In this document: in pieces, positions 18,691 to 28,131 of the stretch | Layout of the letters: the number at the start of each line of letters is the position of its first letter | Position numbering within the stretch: the stretch's first letter is position 1 | Source of the DNA: an uncultured Gammaproteobacteria bacterium | GTDB lineage: Bacteria; Patescibacteriota; Patescibacteriia; Patescibacteriales; WJLG01 | Length of the DNA: 64,000 bases | Assembly (NCBI GenBank): GCA_964395625.1 | Contig: CAYNAR010000005.1 | Coordinates: 6,537 to 70,536 of the forward strand | Direction: 5' to 3' | The notes under the pieces: model-generated | What the model was told of the DNA's origin: nothing | Seen by the model: the letters and a program-made list of their open reading frames with translations, nothing else | Database searches by the model: none | Program-made: the position numbers and the translations under genes

Positions 18691-21600
18691 ATGACAAGGA
18701 GAGTTTACTCGTTTTTTATCTATTCAGCGGTGCTGCTGTTTTGTTTTTCTTTGTTTTTAGTCAAGCCTTTTTCAAACGGGTCCGTTTCGGCTCAGGTCGG
18801 CGATGCCATAGCTGTTAGAGTCTTGCCTAATCCAAAGCATTATAGCGCCATGGATTGGTACCTTAATCAAGGCTTTAAGGGAACTCCTACGCCGATGAAG
18901 GTGGATGGCTATGACGCCGTGAAGGATGGGCGCACGGTCTATGTCAATGTGGCCAATGTCATTAATGCTTGTGAATGTTATAACGAGAGCGAGACTTGTA
19001 ATTGTACTAAGAATACTCCGATTTGTAATTCTAAGATAAATTATAATTTTACGATAATTCCTGCCAGCGCTTTTTCTTCTAATTTGACAGCGGATTGTTT
19101 TAGAGGATATATCCCTAATTATATATCTCCTGGTTCTGCCTCTGATAATCCGGCAGGAATGGAAGCCAGATTTGTTCCTAATAGCTATGTTTCTCACTGC
19201 TCGACCTCTATAGCGCCGAATATCGAGTGGAGTTCTTCATACGATACCATTCCTCCGGATTGCCCTTCCTGCCCCTATAGCTCTGTTTATGAGATGAAGA
19301 CGGTTTCCGTGAGATATACTGGCAATATAAATCTCACAGAAACGGGAAAGTGGATGTTTGGTGCGGTTTGTGACGATAATTGTGAGCTTTATATAGATGG
19401 AAGCAAGGTTATGTCTTGCTATCAGCCATCTCGCATTCCTTTAATAACGGATGATGATGCTTGTAAGGGTAGTGTTAATTTATCAAGCGGAAGCCATTCG
19501 ATTGTTTTTAGGACGGCCAATAAGACTGATGATGGCCCAATGTCGGCTAGACTTTATTGGATAACACCAAGCAATCTCGCAGCCCAAGAAGGCTCTCCGA
19601 CAGTGACTTGCACACCTAATTATACCTCTTGCCCATGTAATGGAAGTGAGGATACTAGGTCGTGTGTAACTTCACGTACTCCAGTATCTTGTAGTTCCCC
19701 TCATGATGTTACTGATTGTTCCGGAAGCACCATCTATACGAATATTTATTTGATTTCTTATAATCAGGATGCCGATCCTGGTACTTTGTCTATTTTTGAC
19801 GGAGTCCTGTCTAAATGGAGGTTCAACACTAATTTGAATATCCCCGGTAAATGTTTTAACAGTGAAAAGGAGACCGTGTCCTGTTTGGCCGATGCCGATT
19901 GCGAATCCGGTTATTTCTGTAATAGCGAAAAAGCCAAATTGGTCCGTGATGTCATAAGGCTTGGCAACATCGTCGGCATTCGCGGAAAGATAGAGAATTA
20001 TGGAAAGAAGAATGGTAGATATCCAACCCTTTCCTCTGGTTCTTATTTGCCTGGGAAAACGGTCTCCACTTGGCCTTCGTGGAACTCAGCGCTTGGCTCC
20101 GCCTTGGGTGTGGAGCTTCCAGTCGATCCCGTTAATTTCTTGGGTAGGTGTAGTAGTGATGAGGCTTTGAATGCAAAGTACGATAAAAATACTTGCTGGA
20201 GCGACTCTGACAAGTCTTTTGCCGATTCTGACACCATCGACCCCAGCTTGAATTTACCTCCAGGAAGCAGTGCGATGGTCTACGAGTCTCGTAATGATGG
20301 TTTGGAGTATAACGCCTGTGCCTATATGGAATCCGGCTATCTGGTTGATGGGGAGATGGGGGCATGTAATGGGAGCTTTAATCCGAATCAAGCTCCGGTT
20401 ATAGACTGTGGAAGTCTTAAGGCCGTCGCCGGTCAACCGTTCGAGGGGTATGTGACTGCGAGAGATTCCGATGATTCCAATGTGACGCTTACTGTTTCTT
20501 TGCCTGAATCTACAGCTGCCATCTTCTCCGTTAAGAATACGCCGAGTACGGCGATAAAACAGATTTTTGCCGCTTATATCGAGGGCGGAGTTTCTGGGAC
20601 ATATGAATTGAATGCTACAGCTAGCGATAGTCATGGAAATACTGTCAATAAAGTTTGTAGCATTAACACACAAACACAAACTTTTACGACATATCCGGTG
20701 CCAGATCAAAGGGTTTTAGTCGGCAAGGCTTTGGATTTTCAAGTTTACGCCTTTCATTCTAATAAGAATTATTCCGGTTTAACCTTTAATTTTAGCGACC
20801 CGAGATTCTCTTGTTCTTATTCGCCAACTTTGATTTCCGATGGGCGAATGCGTTGCGATGTTAGCGTGACTGCCAATGCCAGGGTGTTGCCGACACAAAT
20901 CGAGGTTCATGTTTCAAATGCCGCAGGGGAGAGGTCTCCTTCACAAACTTTCTATTTCGAGGCGTATAATAACCCCCCAGTGATCAATCCTTTGAAATGT
21001 GCCAATAAGGTCAGGGTGAGCACCCTCCCTTCTGGAGAAGCTCCTGGTCATTATAATTACGAATGCAGAGTGACAGCAACCGACCCCGATGGGCATACTG
21101 TATCTTTTCCTCCGGGATCGATAACTGGCGATTTGAGTGCCGCTGGCCTAGTTCATAGTAATGCCGGTGTTATAAGTGGATTTACTTCTGCCAATTATCC
21201 TGGTAATTATAATATAAGGATAACGGCCGTCGACTCTTATGGTGCGGTGAGCGATCCGGTGGACCTCCCTCTTAAGATAGTCGATTTTTGTGGCGATGGG
21301 GTCAAGCAGACTTTGAATATGGAAGGTAAAGGAGGTCCTAAAGACGATGGTTACGAGGATTGTGATGGTTCTGATGGCGTTCCAACACCACAACAGTCTA
21401 GCCCGACATGGCAATATGGGTGTGGCGCCGACAATTGTGCGTATTTGAACGCCGGTTATTGCGGAGATGGTGTTCTGCAGTGGACTTATGGCGAGCAATG
21501 CGACGATGGAAACAATATAGATGGTGATGGTTGCAACACTTATAACGGTGAGACCCCGTCTTGTCAATGGGAGTGCAACGACGGAACCGTTACTAACGAA

Positions 21601-22767
21601 GGTGCAATTCATGAACAGTGCGATTTCGGACATGATATCAATTGTTGTGCCTCCTGCAACTACACAACAGGCCCAACGCAGTGGGTTGAAGTTGCAGGTG
21701 GGGATTCTTTGGCTAGTGGTGAGTCTACGTCTTTGAATATTCCTAGCTGTCGCGGAGTTGTTGGCGGAACTTTTGACGCCACTCCGATGCCTTATGGTGG
21801 ATCTGCCTCGGAGGAGTCTGGTCCGGCTATAGTTTTTATAACCGATCTTTCCGGAAGTATGTTTGATTCGACGTATGCTATCACTAAAGAAGCTATTAAA
21901 GAGAGTATAAACAGATTTTACAACGAAGCCAATGCTAAAGGGATAAGCATTCATGTTGGGACAATTACGACCTATTCGGGTGGAGTTCATGATATTATTA
22001 ATATTGGGAACATGAATGATGATTACGGTGGAAGTGTTAAAAAAGGTCAGCTAGACGGCAGTGTGACTACGTATGGAGCGCGAAGTGATCAACCAGCATT
22101 TATGGCATCGTTTAATCAAGCGGCCAAGATGCTTAATGATTACGGAGCTAAAGCGGCTGATGGGGAAAAATATATAATATTTGCCACCGATGGTTGGGAT
22201 AATAGTCCAGGAAACGAGCTTACCGGTGTACAGGCTATAAAAGACTCGGGAATAAAAATTTATATGGAGACCTTTAACAATTGGACAGCTGGTTTTAATA
22301 ATGGTTCTTTGAATATTAGTTCTTGTAGTTTGAATTTATGCTATTCACTACAGGATATTTGTAAATGGTCCAGTGATAATGGCGATTTCAATCTTTGTTT
22401 TAAAAATATCAACGTCGACGACTCTATTAACGCATCTTATAATGGTTATTGCTATTACGTTGGCAATAAGACGGCCGCCAACCCTCCCAGTGCGGCAGTC
22501 GTTCAGAGTCGTTTAGCTGCAATAAACACAAGAGTGGTGAATTTGATTTTGACTCGCATACCAAGCAATATAACTTACGCGGTCAATGGAGTCTCCAATC
22601 CCTTGTCTTCTTATAAAGATTCTCCTTTTACGCCTCCTAATCCTTGTGATATTTCCGGCTCCGGTTGTTCGCCATCGGTCTTTAATTTCTCCACGGCTTT
22701 TACTGGCAGTGGCGAGATGAACTATAGTAATTTTAAATTGAACATAATACCGCTTTGTAGTGAATAA
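18691..22767 (+). CDS. Giant secreted Cys-rich surface protein/adhesin (PA14, pilin-like segment, Ig/cadherin-like repeats, Cys-rich repeats, vWA)
   Basis: Signal peptide; PA14-like RYTGNI...DD..LYIDG; N.APVI / TATDPDG Ig repeats; CGDG...EQCDDGN..DGDGC repeats; vWA MIDAS DLSGS...TDG. Confidence 0.85.
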   Translation: MTRRVYSFFIYSAVLLFCFSLFLVKPFSNGSVSAQVGDAIAVRVLPNPKHYSAMDWYLNQGFKGTPTPMKVDGYDAVKDGRTVYVNVANVINACECYNESETCNCTKNTPICNSKINYNFTIIPASAFSSNLTADCFRGYIPNYISPGSASDNPAGMEARFVPNSYVSHCSTSIAPNIEWSSSYDTIPPDCPSCPYSSVYEMKTVSVRYTGNINLTETGKWMFGAVCDDNCELYIDGSKVMSCYQPSRIPLITDDDACKGSVNLSSGSHSIVFRTANKTDDGPMSARLYWITPSNLAAQEGSPTVTCTPNYTSCPCNGSEDTRSCVTSRTPVSCSSPHDVTDCSGSTIYTNIYLISYNQDADPGTLSIFDGVLSKWRFNTNLNIPGKCFNSEKETVSCLADADCESGYFCNSEKAKLVRDVIRLGNIVGIRGKIENYGKKNGRYPTLSSGSYLPGKTVSTWPSWNSALGSALGVELPVDPVNFLGRCSSDEALNAKYDKNTCWSDSDKSFADSDTIDPSLNLPPGSSAMVYESRNDGLEYNACAYMESGYLVDGEMGACNGSFNPNQAPVIDCGSLKAVAGQPFEGYVTARDSDDSNVTLTVSLPESTAAIFSVKNTPSTAIKQIFAAYIEGGVSGTYELNATASDSHGNTVNKVCSINTQTQTFTTYPVPDQRVLVGKALDFQVYAFHSNKNYSGLTFNFSDPRFSCSYSPTLISDGRMRCDVSVTANARVLPTQIEVHVSNAAGERSPSQTFYFEAYNNPPVINPLKCANKVRVSTLPSGEAPGHYNYECRVTATDPDGHTVSFPPGSITGDLSAAGLVHSNAGVISGFTSANYPGNYNIRITAVDSYGAVSDPVDLPLKIVDFCGDGVKQTLNMEGKGGPKDDGYEDCDGSDGVPTPQQSSPTWQYGCGADNCAYLNAGYCGDGVLQWTYGEQCDDGNNIDGDGCNTYNGETPSCQWECNDGTVTNEGAIHEQCDFGHDINCCASCNYTTGPTQWVEVAGGDSLASGESTSLNIPSCRGVVGGTFDATPMPYGGSASEESGPAIVFITDLSGSMFDSTYAITKEAIKESINRFYNEANAKGISIHVGTITTYSGGVHDIINIGNMNDDYGGSVKKGQLDGSVTTYGARSDQPAFMASFNQAAKMLNDYGAKAADGEKYIIFATDGWDNSPGNELTGVQAIKDSGIKIYMETFNNWTAGFNNGSLNISSCSLNLCYSLQDICKWSSDNGDFNLCFKNINVDDSINASYNGYCYYVGNKTAANPPSAAVVQSRLAAINTRVVNLILTRIPSNITYAVNGVSNPLSSYKDSPFTPPNPCDISGSGCSPSVFNFSTAFTGSGEMNYSNFKLNIIPLCSE

Positions 22768-22779
22768 AAAAGCAAAAAT

Positions 22780-23436
22780 ATGAACAACAAAAAAATATAT
22801 TTTATACTTTTGCCGGCGATATTGGTTTTATTTGTTCTAGTGGCGGTGATTTATTTTTCTGGCGCGACAAAGCCCAAGGAAATAGGAAAAGATCTTGGGA
22901 AAAATACAATCGTCGAGGATCCTGATAAGGTTGAGGTCAATTCTGCGAAAAATAATGTCGGCGGAAAGAAGTCCGGTAAGGCCGGTATTTTGAAGAATGC
23001 CGAAGAAGAGCGTAATGCCTCGATTTGTTTGGATTATGAAGACGAGGAGTATGCCGTCGGATGTATTTCCTTGGTAGCTCAAAAGACAAGAGATCTTGGC
23101 GCCTGCTCTTTAATAAAGAATCAGATGGAAATGGTTAAATGTTTTGATATGACATTGTTTAGTAAAGCGGCAGATGAAGGGAACGTTGAGTTTTGCAAGG
23201 AAATGAAGGAAGACGAGATGTCTAGGTCTTGCGTGGTTAATTTAGTGGAGCTTGGTAAAATTCAAAAAGGGGATTGCGGTAAATTTGAAAAAAGAGAGAA
23301 GGAGTATTGTGATAATTATTATTCCTATCTTGGCGATGTTGCAGCGGCTTATTCAGCTAATAACGAAGGAGATTGTGGCAATATTAATAACGAATCAGCC
23401 AAGGCTTATTGTCTTGACAAGTTCGCCGTCAGATGA
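22780..23436 (+). CDS. Membrane-anchored Cys-repeat protein
   Basis: N-terminal TM, then repeated C-x(9-10)-C helical units. Lies 12 nt downstream of the giant protein. Confidence 0.75.
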   Translation: MNNKKIYFILLPAILVLFVLVAVIYFSGATKPKEIGKDLGKNTIVEDPDKVEVNSAKNNVGGKKSGKAGILKNAEEERNASICLDYEDEEYAVGCISLVAQKTRDLGACSLIKNQMEMVKCFDMTLFSKAADEGNVEFCKEMKEDEMSRSCVVNLVELGKIQKGDCGKFEKREKEYCDNYYSYLGDVAAAYSANNEGDCGNINNESAKAYCLDKFAVR

Positions 23437-23452
23437 TTTATTTGATGAATAT

Positions 23453-23489
23453 AAAAACAGCCGACAATCAAGCTGCCGGCTGTTTTTTT
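23453..23489 (+). terminator. Intrinsic terminator
   Basis: AAAAACAGCCG...CGGCTGTTTTTTT. Confidence 0.75.
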
Positions 23490-23500
23490 GATAAAATGAT

Positions 23501-24577
23501 ATGAACAAAAAAATAGAGACAAGACACGGAAAATTAAAGATCCCTTTTTTTATGCCAGACGCGACTCGCGCCTTGGTGAAGTTTCTTTCCGTTGACGAAG
23601 TCGGTCGTGTCGGTGCTTCGGCTCTTGTCGTCAATACATTGCATCTTTACCTCGAGCCAGGCATGAAGGTGATAAAAAAAGCTGGTGGTGTCCATAAGTT
23701 TATGAATTGGAATGGTCCTTTACTTTCCGACTCAGGTGGTTATCAGGTTTTTTCCCTGATTCATAAGAATCCGAAGATGGGCAAGATAGATGATGAAGGC
23801 GCTATTTTCAAGTCCACCTCGGACGGCTCGACTCATGTTCTGACACCGGAGAAATCTATCCAAATACAATTCGATTTAGGTGTGGATATGATGGTTTGTT
23901 TGGATGATTGTCCACCTAATGAGTTTTCTCGCGAGCAAATAGAGAAGGCTATCGATAGAACGGTGGCTTGGGCTAAGAGATGTAAGATGGAATACGAGAA
24001 ACAGGTAAAGAAGCGGAGGATTAAGAATGCGGAAAGACCGTTGTTGTTTGCCGTGGTTCAAGGCGGTCCTTATCCGGAATTAAGAAGGGATTGTGCTAAG
24101 CGTCTGGTGGAGATTGGCTTCGACGGTTATGGCTTCGGTGGACGTCACTTTGATAAAGACGGGGTATTTCTAGAATCCGCCCTTAAGGCTGCTATAGAGC
24201 TTTTACCCAAAAATTCCTACAAGTTTGCCCTTGGAATAGGTGCTCCGGAGGATATTTTCCGTTGCTATGCCATTGGTTGGGAAATGTTCGACTGCGTGAT
24301 GCCGACGAGAGAGGGGCGCCACGGTAAGCTTTTCTATTGGAAGGGGCAGATTCCTGAAAAAATAACGAAAAAAGATTTCTATAAGACTATTAATATAGGT
24401 AATAGTCGTTTTGCTATGGATTTTTCCCCTATAAATAAAGATAGTTCTCTGCCGGAATTAAGAAATAATACTAAGGCTTATTTGCATCATTTGTTCAAGG
24501 TTGGTGATCCTTCTGGGTCGCGACTGGCCAGTCTTAATAATTTAGAGTTCTATTATCAGATAATGAAGGTTCTTTAG
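23501..24577 (+). CDS. tgt: tRNA-guanine transglycosylase (divergent)
   Basis: P.FMP..T, NTLHL...PG, DSGGYQVFSL, LDDC, VQGG, FDCVMPTREGRHG and AYLHHL motifs. Confidence 0.92.
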   Translation: MNKKIETRHGKLKIPFFMPDATRALVKFLSVDEVGRVGASALVVNTLHLYLEPGMKVIKKAGGVHKFMNWNGPLLSDSGGYQVFSLIHKNPKMGKIDDEGAIFKSTSDGSTHVLTPEKSIQIQFDLGVDMMVCLDDCPPNEFSREQIEKAIDRTVAWAKRCKMEYEKQVKKRRIKNAERPLLFAVVQGGPYPELRRDCAKRLVEIGFDGYGFGGRHFDKDGVFLESALKAAIELLPKNSYKFALGIGAPEDIFRCYAIGWEMFDCVMPTREGRHGKLFYWKGQIPEKITKKDFYKTINIGNSRFAMDFSPINKDSSLPELRNNTKAYLHHLFKVGDPSGSRLASLNNLEFYYQIMKVL

Positions 24578-24669
24578 GTAATAAAAGCCAGATTTTATCA
24601 GACCCTTATTTTGCGGGGGTTGGAATTTTTTTATTAAGACATTATTTTAAAGATAAGTCAATTTTAAGT

Positions 24670-24698
24670 TTGACTTTTGGTGGTATAAGTGATATATT
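24670..24698 (+). promoter_or_regulatory. Sigma70-type promoter for rnpB
   Basis: TTGACT-N17-TATATT with an extended -10 TG. Confidence 0.65.
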
Positions 24699-24725
24699 AG
24701 CCATATTGATATTTTGGATTTTGAC

Positions 24726-25134
24726 AATTTCCAGGTAAGCAGATAGTCGCCCGTGTATAACGGGAGGAAAGTCCGGACTTCGAGGTTTTTGCTTTTGCAG
24801 CGACCGAAAGCGGCGGTGGGTAACGCCCACGAGGAGTAATCCTACGGAAAGTGCCACAGAGACTATACTAATTCCAAGCAATTGGAATAAAAGGTGAAAA
24901 GAATCTGGGTGCGGATGTTGGTTTTTAGGATATCCTGATCAATTTTCGCTACCGGATTCGCCCCCGAGCGATCGGGGTGACGCGGTAAACCCCGCCTGAA
25001 GCAAGGGCAAATTCTTCGTGTCAAAACGAAGAGGAACGTAGCCCGCACGAGCTACTGAGTAATCAGTGGCCAAGATTAATGACTATCACTTTGGCGACAA
25101 AGACAGAATCCGGCTTATAGTTTGCCTGGAAATT
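24726..25134 (+). ncRNA. rnpB: RNase P RNA
   Basis: GAGGAAAGTCCGG (CR-I), GGAAAGTGCCACAGA (CR-II), GGTGAAA, GGTAAACCCC and ACAGAATCCGGCTTAT (CR-V). Terminal P1 helix AATTTCCAGGTAAGC/GTTTGCCTGGAAATT. Confidence 0.96.
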
Positions 25135-25154
25135 ATTAAAATTCAATAAATGTT

Positions 25155-26570
25155 ATGAAAAAATCAGGTCTTTTCTTCTCCGTTCTGCTTTTGCCGCTTG
25201 ATTACATAATGATAGTTTTGGCCGGTTTGACGGCTTATTATTTGCGTTTTTCGGATTTATTCAGCTCTTGGCGCCCGGCCATATTTGAATTAACGCTGGA
25301 GGATTATCTAAAGATTCTTTTGCCTTTGGCGTTGTCTTGGATTATTGTTTTCTCTTTGTCCGGTCTCTATGCGATTAAAAGCGCTCGTCGGCTTTTTAAG
25401 GAGGTTTATAGAGTCGTTTTGGCTTGTTCAACCGGATTCATGTTGGTAGTTATTTTAATATTCATTCGTCGCGAGTTATTCGATTCTCGTTTTATAATTT
25501 TAGCCGGATGGCTTTTGTCGATATTTTTTGTCAGTCTGGGTCGTGTATTTGTTCGTTTTTTGCAAAGGCGCTTGTATAAGGCGGGGATAGGTATAAGAAA
25601 AGTCGTCGTAGTCGGTTCCAGTAAGACCGCTGATTCTTTAATTGGTCTTTTTTCTCAAAATAAAGCTTTTGGCTATGAAATAGTTAAAAGATTGAGGGAC
25701 TTTGAATTGGAGACGGCTCAGGAACTATCTGATTTTATTAAAATAAATGAAGTCGATGAAGTTTTGCAGGCTGACCCTAATTTAACGAAGGCCGAGGTTC
25801 TTAGGCTTTACGATTTTGCCGATGAGAATCATCTTACCTTTAAGTATGTAGCCGATCTCCTGGATACAAAAGTGTTAAAGACCGAATTTTCGGAATTTGA
25901 CGGAATTCCGGTTATGGAGGTTAAAAAAACCCCCTTGGATGGTTGGGGGCGCGTGCTCAAGAGAACGTTCGATATCATCCTTTCTTTGCTGTTGTTGATT
26001 TTGTTTTCGCCGGTATTGGTTGTTTCTGCCATCTTGATAAAGCTCGAATCTTCTGGGCCGATATTCTTTTCTAGTCGCGACGACGGCTCTCCGTTGTATC
26101 GCGTTGGGCAGGGTGGAAAATTATTTCGTTATTTCAAATTCCGCTCTATGATAGATAAAAGTGATAGCATGCGCTATAATGAGCTATCCGACAGGAATTT
26201 GCGCAAGGACGGCCCATTGGTTAAAATAAAAGATGACCCCCGCGTCACTAGGTATGGCAAGATTATGCGTCGTTTTTCCATAGATGAGTTGCCGGAGTTC
26301 TTCTTGGTGCTGAAAGGGGATATGTCATTGGTTGGTCCAAGACCACACCTTCCCGAGGAGGTGGCTAAATACGAGCGTCACCACAAGAAGGTGCTTTCTA
26401 TAAAACCCGGAATAACCGGCATGGCACAGATATCCGGAAGATCGGATTTGTCATTTGAAGAAGAGGTTAAATTAGATACATATTACATAGAGAATTGGTC
26501 TCCTCTTATGGATTTGACTACAATACTAAGAACTCCTTTGGCGATATTTAAAAAGAGGGAAGCCGAATAA
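25155..26570 (+). CDS. Polyprenyl-phosphate hexose-1-phosphate transferase (WcaJ/WbaP/CpsE family)
   Basis: 4 TM, Rossmann-like region, TM, then KR.FD, KFRSM, DDPRVT, SIDELP, GDMSLVGPRP, KPGITG.AQ and D..YIENWS. Confidence 0.95.
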   Translation: MKKSGLFFSVLLLPLDYIMIVLAGLTAYYLRFSDLFSSWRPAIFELTLEDYLKILLPLALSWIIVFSLSGLYAIKSARRLFKEVYRVVLACSTGFMLVVILIFIRRELFDSRFIILAGWLLSIFFVSLGRVFVRFLQRRLYKAGIGIRKVVVVGSSKTADSLIGLFSQNKAFGYEIVKRLRDFELETAQELSDFIKINEVDEVLQADPNLTKAEVLRLYDFADENHLTFKYVADLLDTKVLKTEFSEFDGIPVMEVKKTPLDGWGRVLKRTFDIILSLLLLILFSPVLVVSAILIKLESSGPIFFSSRDDGSPLYRVGQGGKLFRYFKFRSMIDKSDSMRYNELSDRNLRKDGPLVKIKDDPRVTRYGKIMRRFSIDELPEFFLVLKGDMSLVGPRPHLPEEVAKYERHHKKVLSIKPGITGMAQISGRSDLSFEEEVKLDTYYIENWSPLMDLTTILRTPLAIFKKREAE

Positions 26571-26588
26571 ATTTTTTATACACATAAA

Positions 26589-27716
26589 ATGAATATAGCT
26601 TTGGTTCATGACCACCTAGCTCAAGACGGTGGTGCGGAGAAAGTTTTAAAGGTCTTTACGGAGATGTTCCCCGAGGCTCGCATTTATACTTTGCTTTCTG
26701 AAAAAAATAATGTAGAGAAAAACTATCCAGGTTGCAAGATAGATACGTCGATAATTCAAAGATTGCCAGGTGGCGTAAAACATTATCAGTGGTATATGCC
26801 GTTTATGCCGATGGCGGTGGAGTTTTTCGATTTGACCAGTTACGACTTGGTGATATCCGATTCCTCGGCTTTTTCCAAGGGGATTATAACGAGACCGGAG
26901 ACCATGCATATAGACTATTGTCATACACCGACTCGTTATCTTTGGAGTGATACCCATAAATACATAAAAGAGCTCGGCTATAATAAGTTTCTTAAAAAAA
27001 TCATATTTTTAGTTTTGAACTATATTCGTCTTTGGGACAGGCAAGCCGCGCAAAGACCGGATTTCGTCATAGCCAACTCTAAGACCGTACAAAAGCGAAT
27101 CAGTAAATATTATGATCGTGACAGTGAAGTTATATACCCGCCGGTGGACACCAAGAGATATAATGTGACTGGTGAGCTTTTTGATGAAGGGTTGCACAAA
27201 GAGGATTATTTCCTTATCGGGTGTCGTTTGGCCCCTTACAAGAGGGTTGATATAGTCATAGAGGCTTTCAAAAAGATGCCGGAGCGTAAATTGAAGATAT
27301 TCGGTTCAGGCGTCGATTTCGAAAGATTGAATAAATTAGCCGAAGGAGCTTCGAATATCGAATTTTTAGGAAGAGTGGAATGCGATCGTCTCGCTAAACT
27401 TTTTTATAATGCCAAGGCTTTTATTCATCCGCAGGAAGAGGATTTCGGTATCAGTGCCGTGGAGTCCATGGCTTGTGGGACTCCGGTCATAGCCTATGGG
27501 AAAGGTGGCGCGACCGAGATAGTGACTAATGGAAAGAGTGGCATCTTTTTCGACAAGCAGACTCCGGAGGCTGTCATTGTCGCGGTGAATAATTTTTCAA
27601 GAGATGGATTCGATAAGCTGGTTGTTCGCGCGGAGGCGGAAAAATTCAGCGCAGATAGGTTTAAAGAAGAGATTAAAATGTTCATTAATAGAAAGTTCGA
27701 GGATTTCAAAAAATAA
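26589..27716 (+). CDS. GT4 family glycosyltransferase
   Basis: ALVHD.L...GGAE, YCHTPTRY.W, RL.PYKR and EEDFGI..VE.MACG.PVIA. Confidence 0.92.
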   Translation: MNIALVHDHLAQDGGAEKVLKVFTEMFPEARIYTLLSEKNNVEKNYPGCKIDTSIIQRLPGGVKHYQWYMPFMPMAVEFFDLTSYDLVISDSSAFSKGIITRPETMHIDYCHTPTRYLWSDTHKYIKELGYNKFLKKIIFLVLNYIRLWDRQAAQRPDFVIANSKTVQKRISKYYDRDSEVIYPPVDTKRYNVTGELFDEGLHKEDYFLIGCRLAPYKRVDIVIEAFKKMPERKLKIFGSGVDFERLNKLAEGASNIEFLGRVECDRLAKLFYNAKAFIHPQEEDFGISAVESMACGTPVIAYGKGGATEIVTNGKSGIFFDKQTPEAVIVAVNNFSRDGFDKLVVRAEAEKFSADRFKEEIKMFINRKFEDFKK

Positions 27717-27744
27717 ATTTCACAATTCCACAAAGGAAGGGTCT

Positions 27745-28077
27745 ATGAGATCTAAAGAGCGTAGGGTTTTTGATTTTCGTATTTTTCTCGGTAAAACATC
27801 AGAGAAGTATGGTATGTCTCCTGCCTATAAAGGGAGGGTGAGAATCGGTATCGATGGTGGTGTTTCGGCGACGATGCTCGGCGAGAAGGGGGATGCCTTG
27901 TCTACGGTTTGTGGTAATGCGACAGGTGTAAAAATAGAATTTTCCTTTGGCAACGACGTGACCTTTTCTTTTCCTTTCAGTAAAGTCACTTATCCTGGTT
28001 TACCGCTCGGTAATTACATGATAGGAAAGTATGGCAATGATTCATTTTGTGATGAAGCGCTTGCTGTCTATAAATGA
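27745..28077 (+). CDS. Hypothetical protein (110 aa)
   Basis: ATG preceded by SD-like AAGGAAGG and followed by its own terminator. No recognised motif. Confidence 0.6.
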   Translation: MRSKERRVFDFRIFLGKTSEKYGMSPAYKGRVRIGIDGGVSATMLGEKGDALSTVCGNATGVKIEFSFGNDVTFSFPFSKVTYPGLPLGNYMIGKYGNDSFCDEALAVYK

Positions 28078-28088
28078 GAAATTCGATC

Positions 28089-28114
28089 AAGGGAGCCTCA
28101 AAAGCTCCTTTTTT
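28089..28114 (+). terminator. Intrinsic terminator
   Basis: AAGGGAGC-ctcaaaa-GCTCCTTT plus T-run. Confidence 0.7.
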
Positions 28115-28131
28115 AAACTAATAAGCTTCTT

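Noticed and set aside
21148-21990. 280-aa antisense ORF inside the giant surface protein
   Set aside because: Shadow frame of a well-supported gene, with no motifs or expression signals.
24642-25048. Minus-strand ORFs 24642-24881 and 24863-25048
   Set aside because: Antisense to the RNase P RNA.
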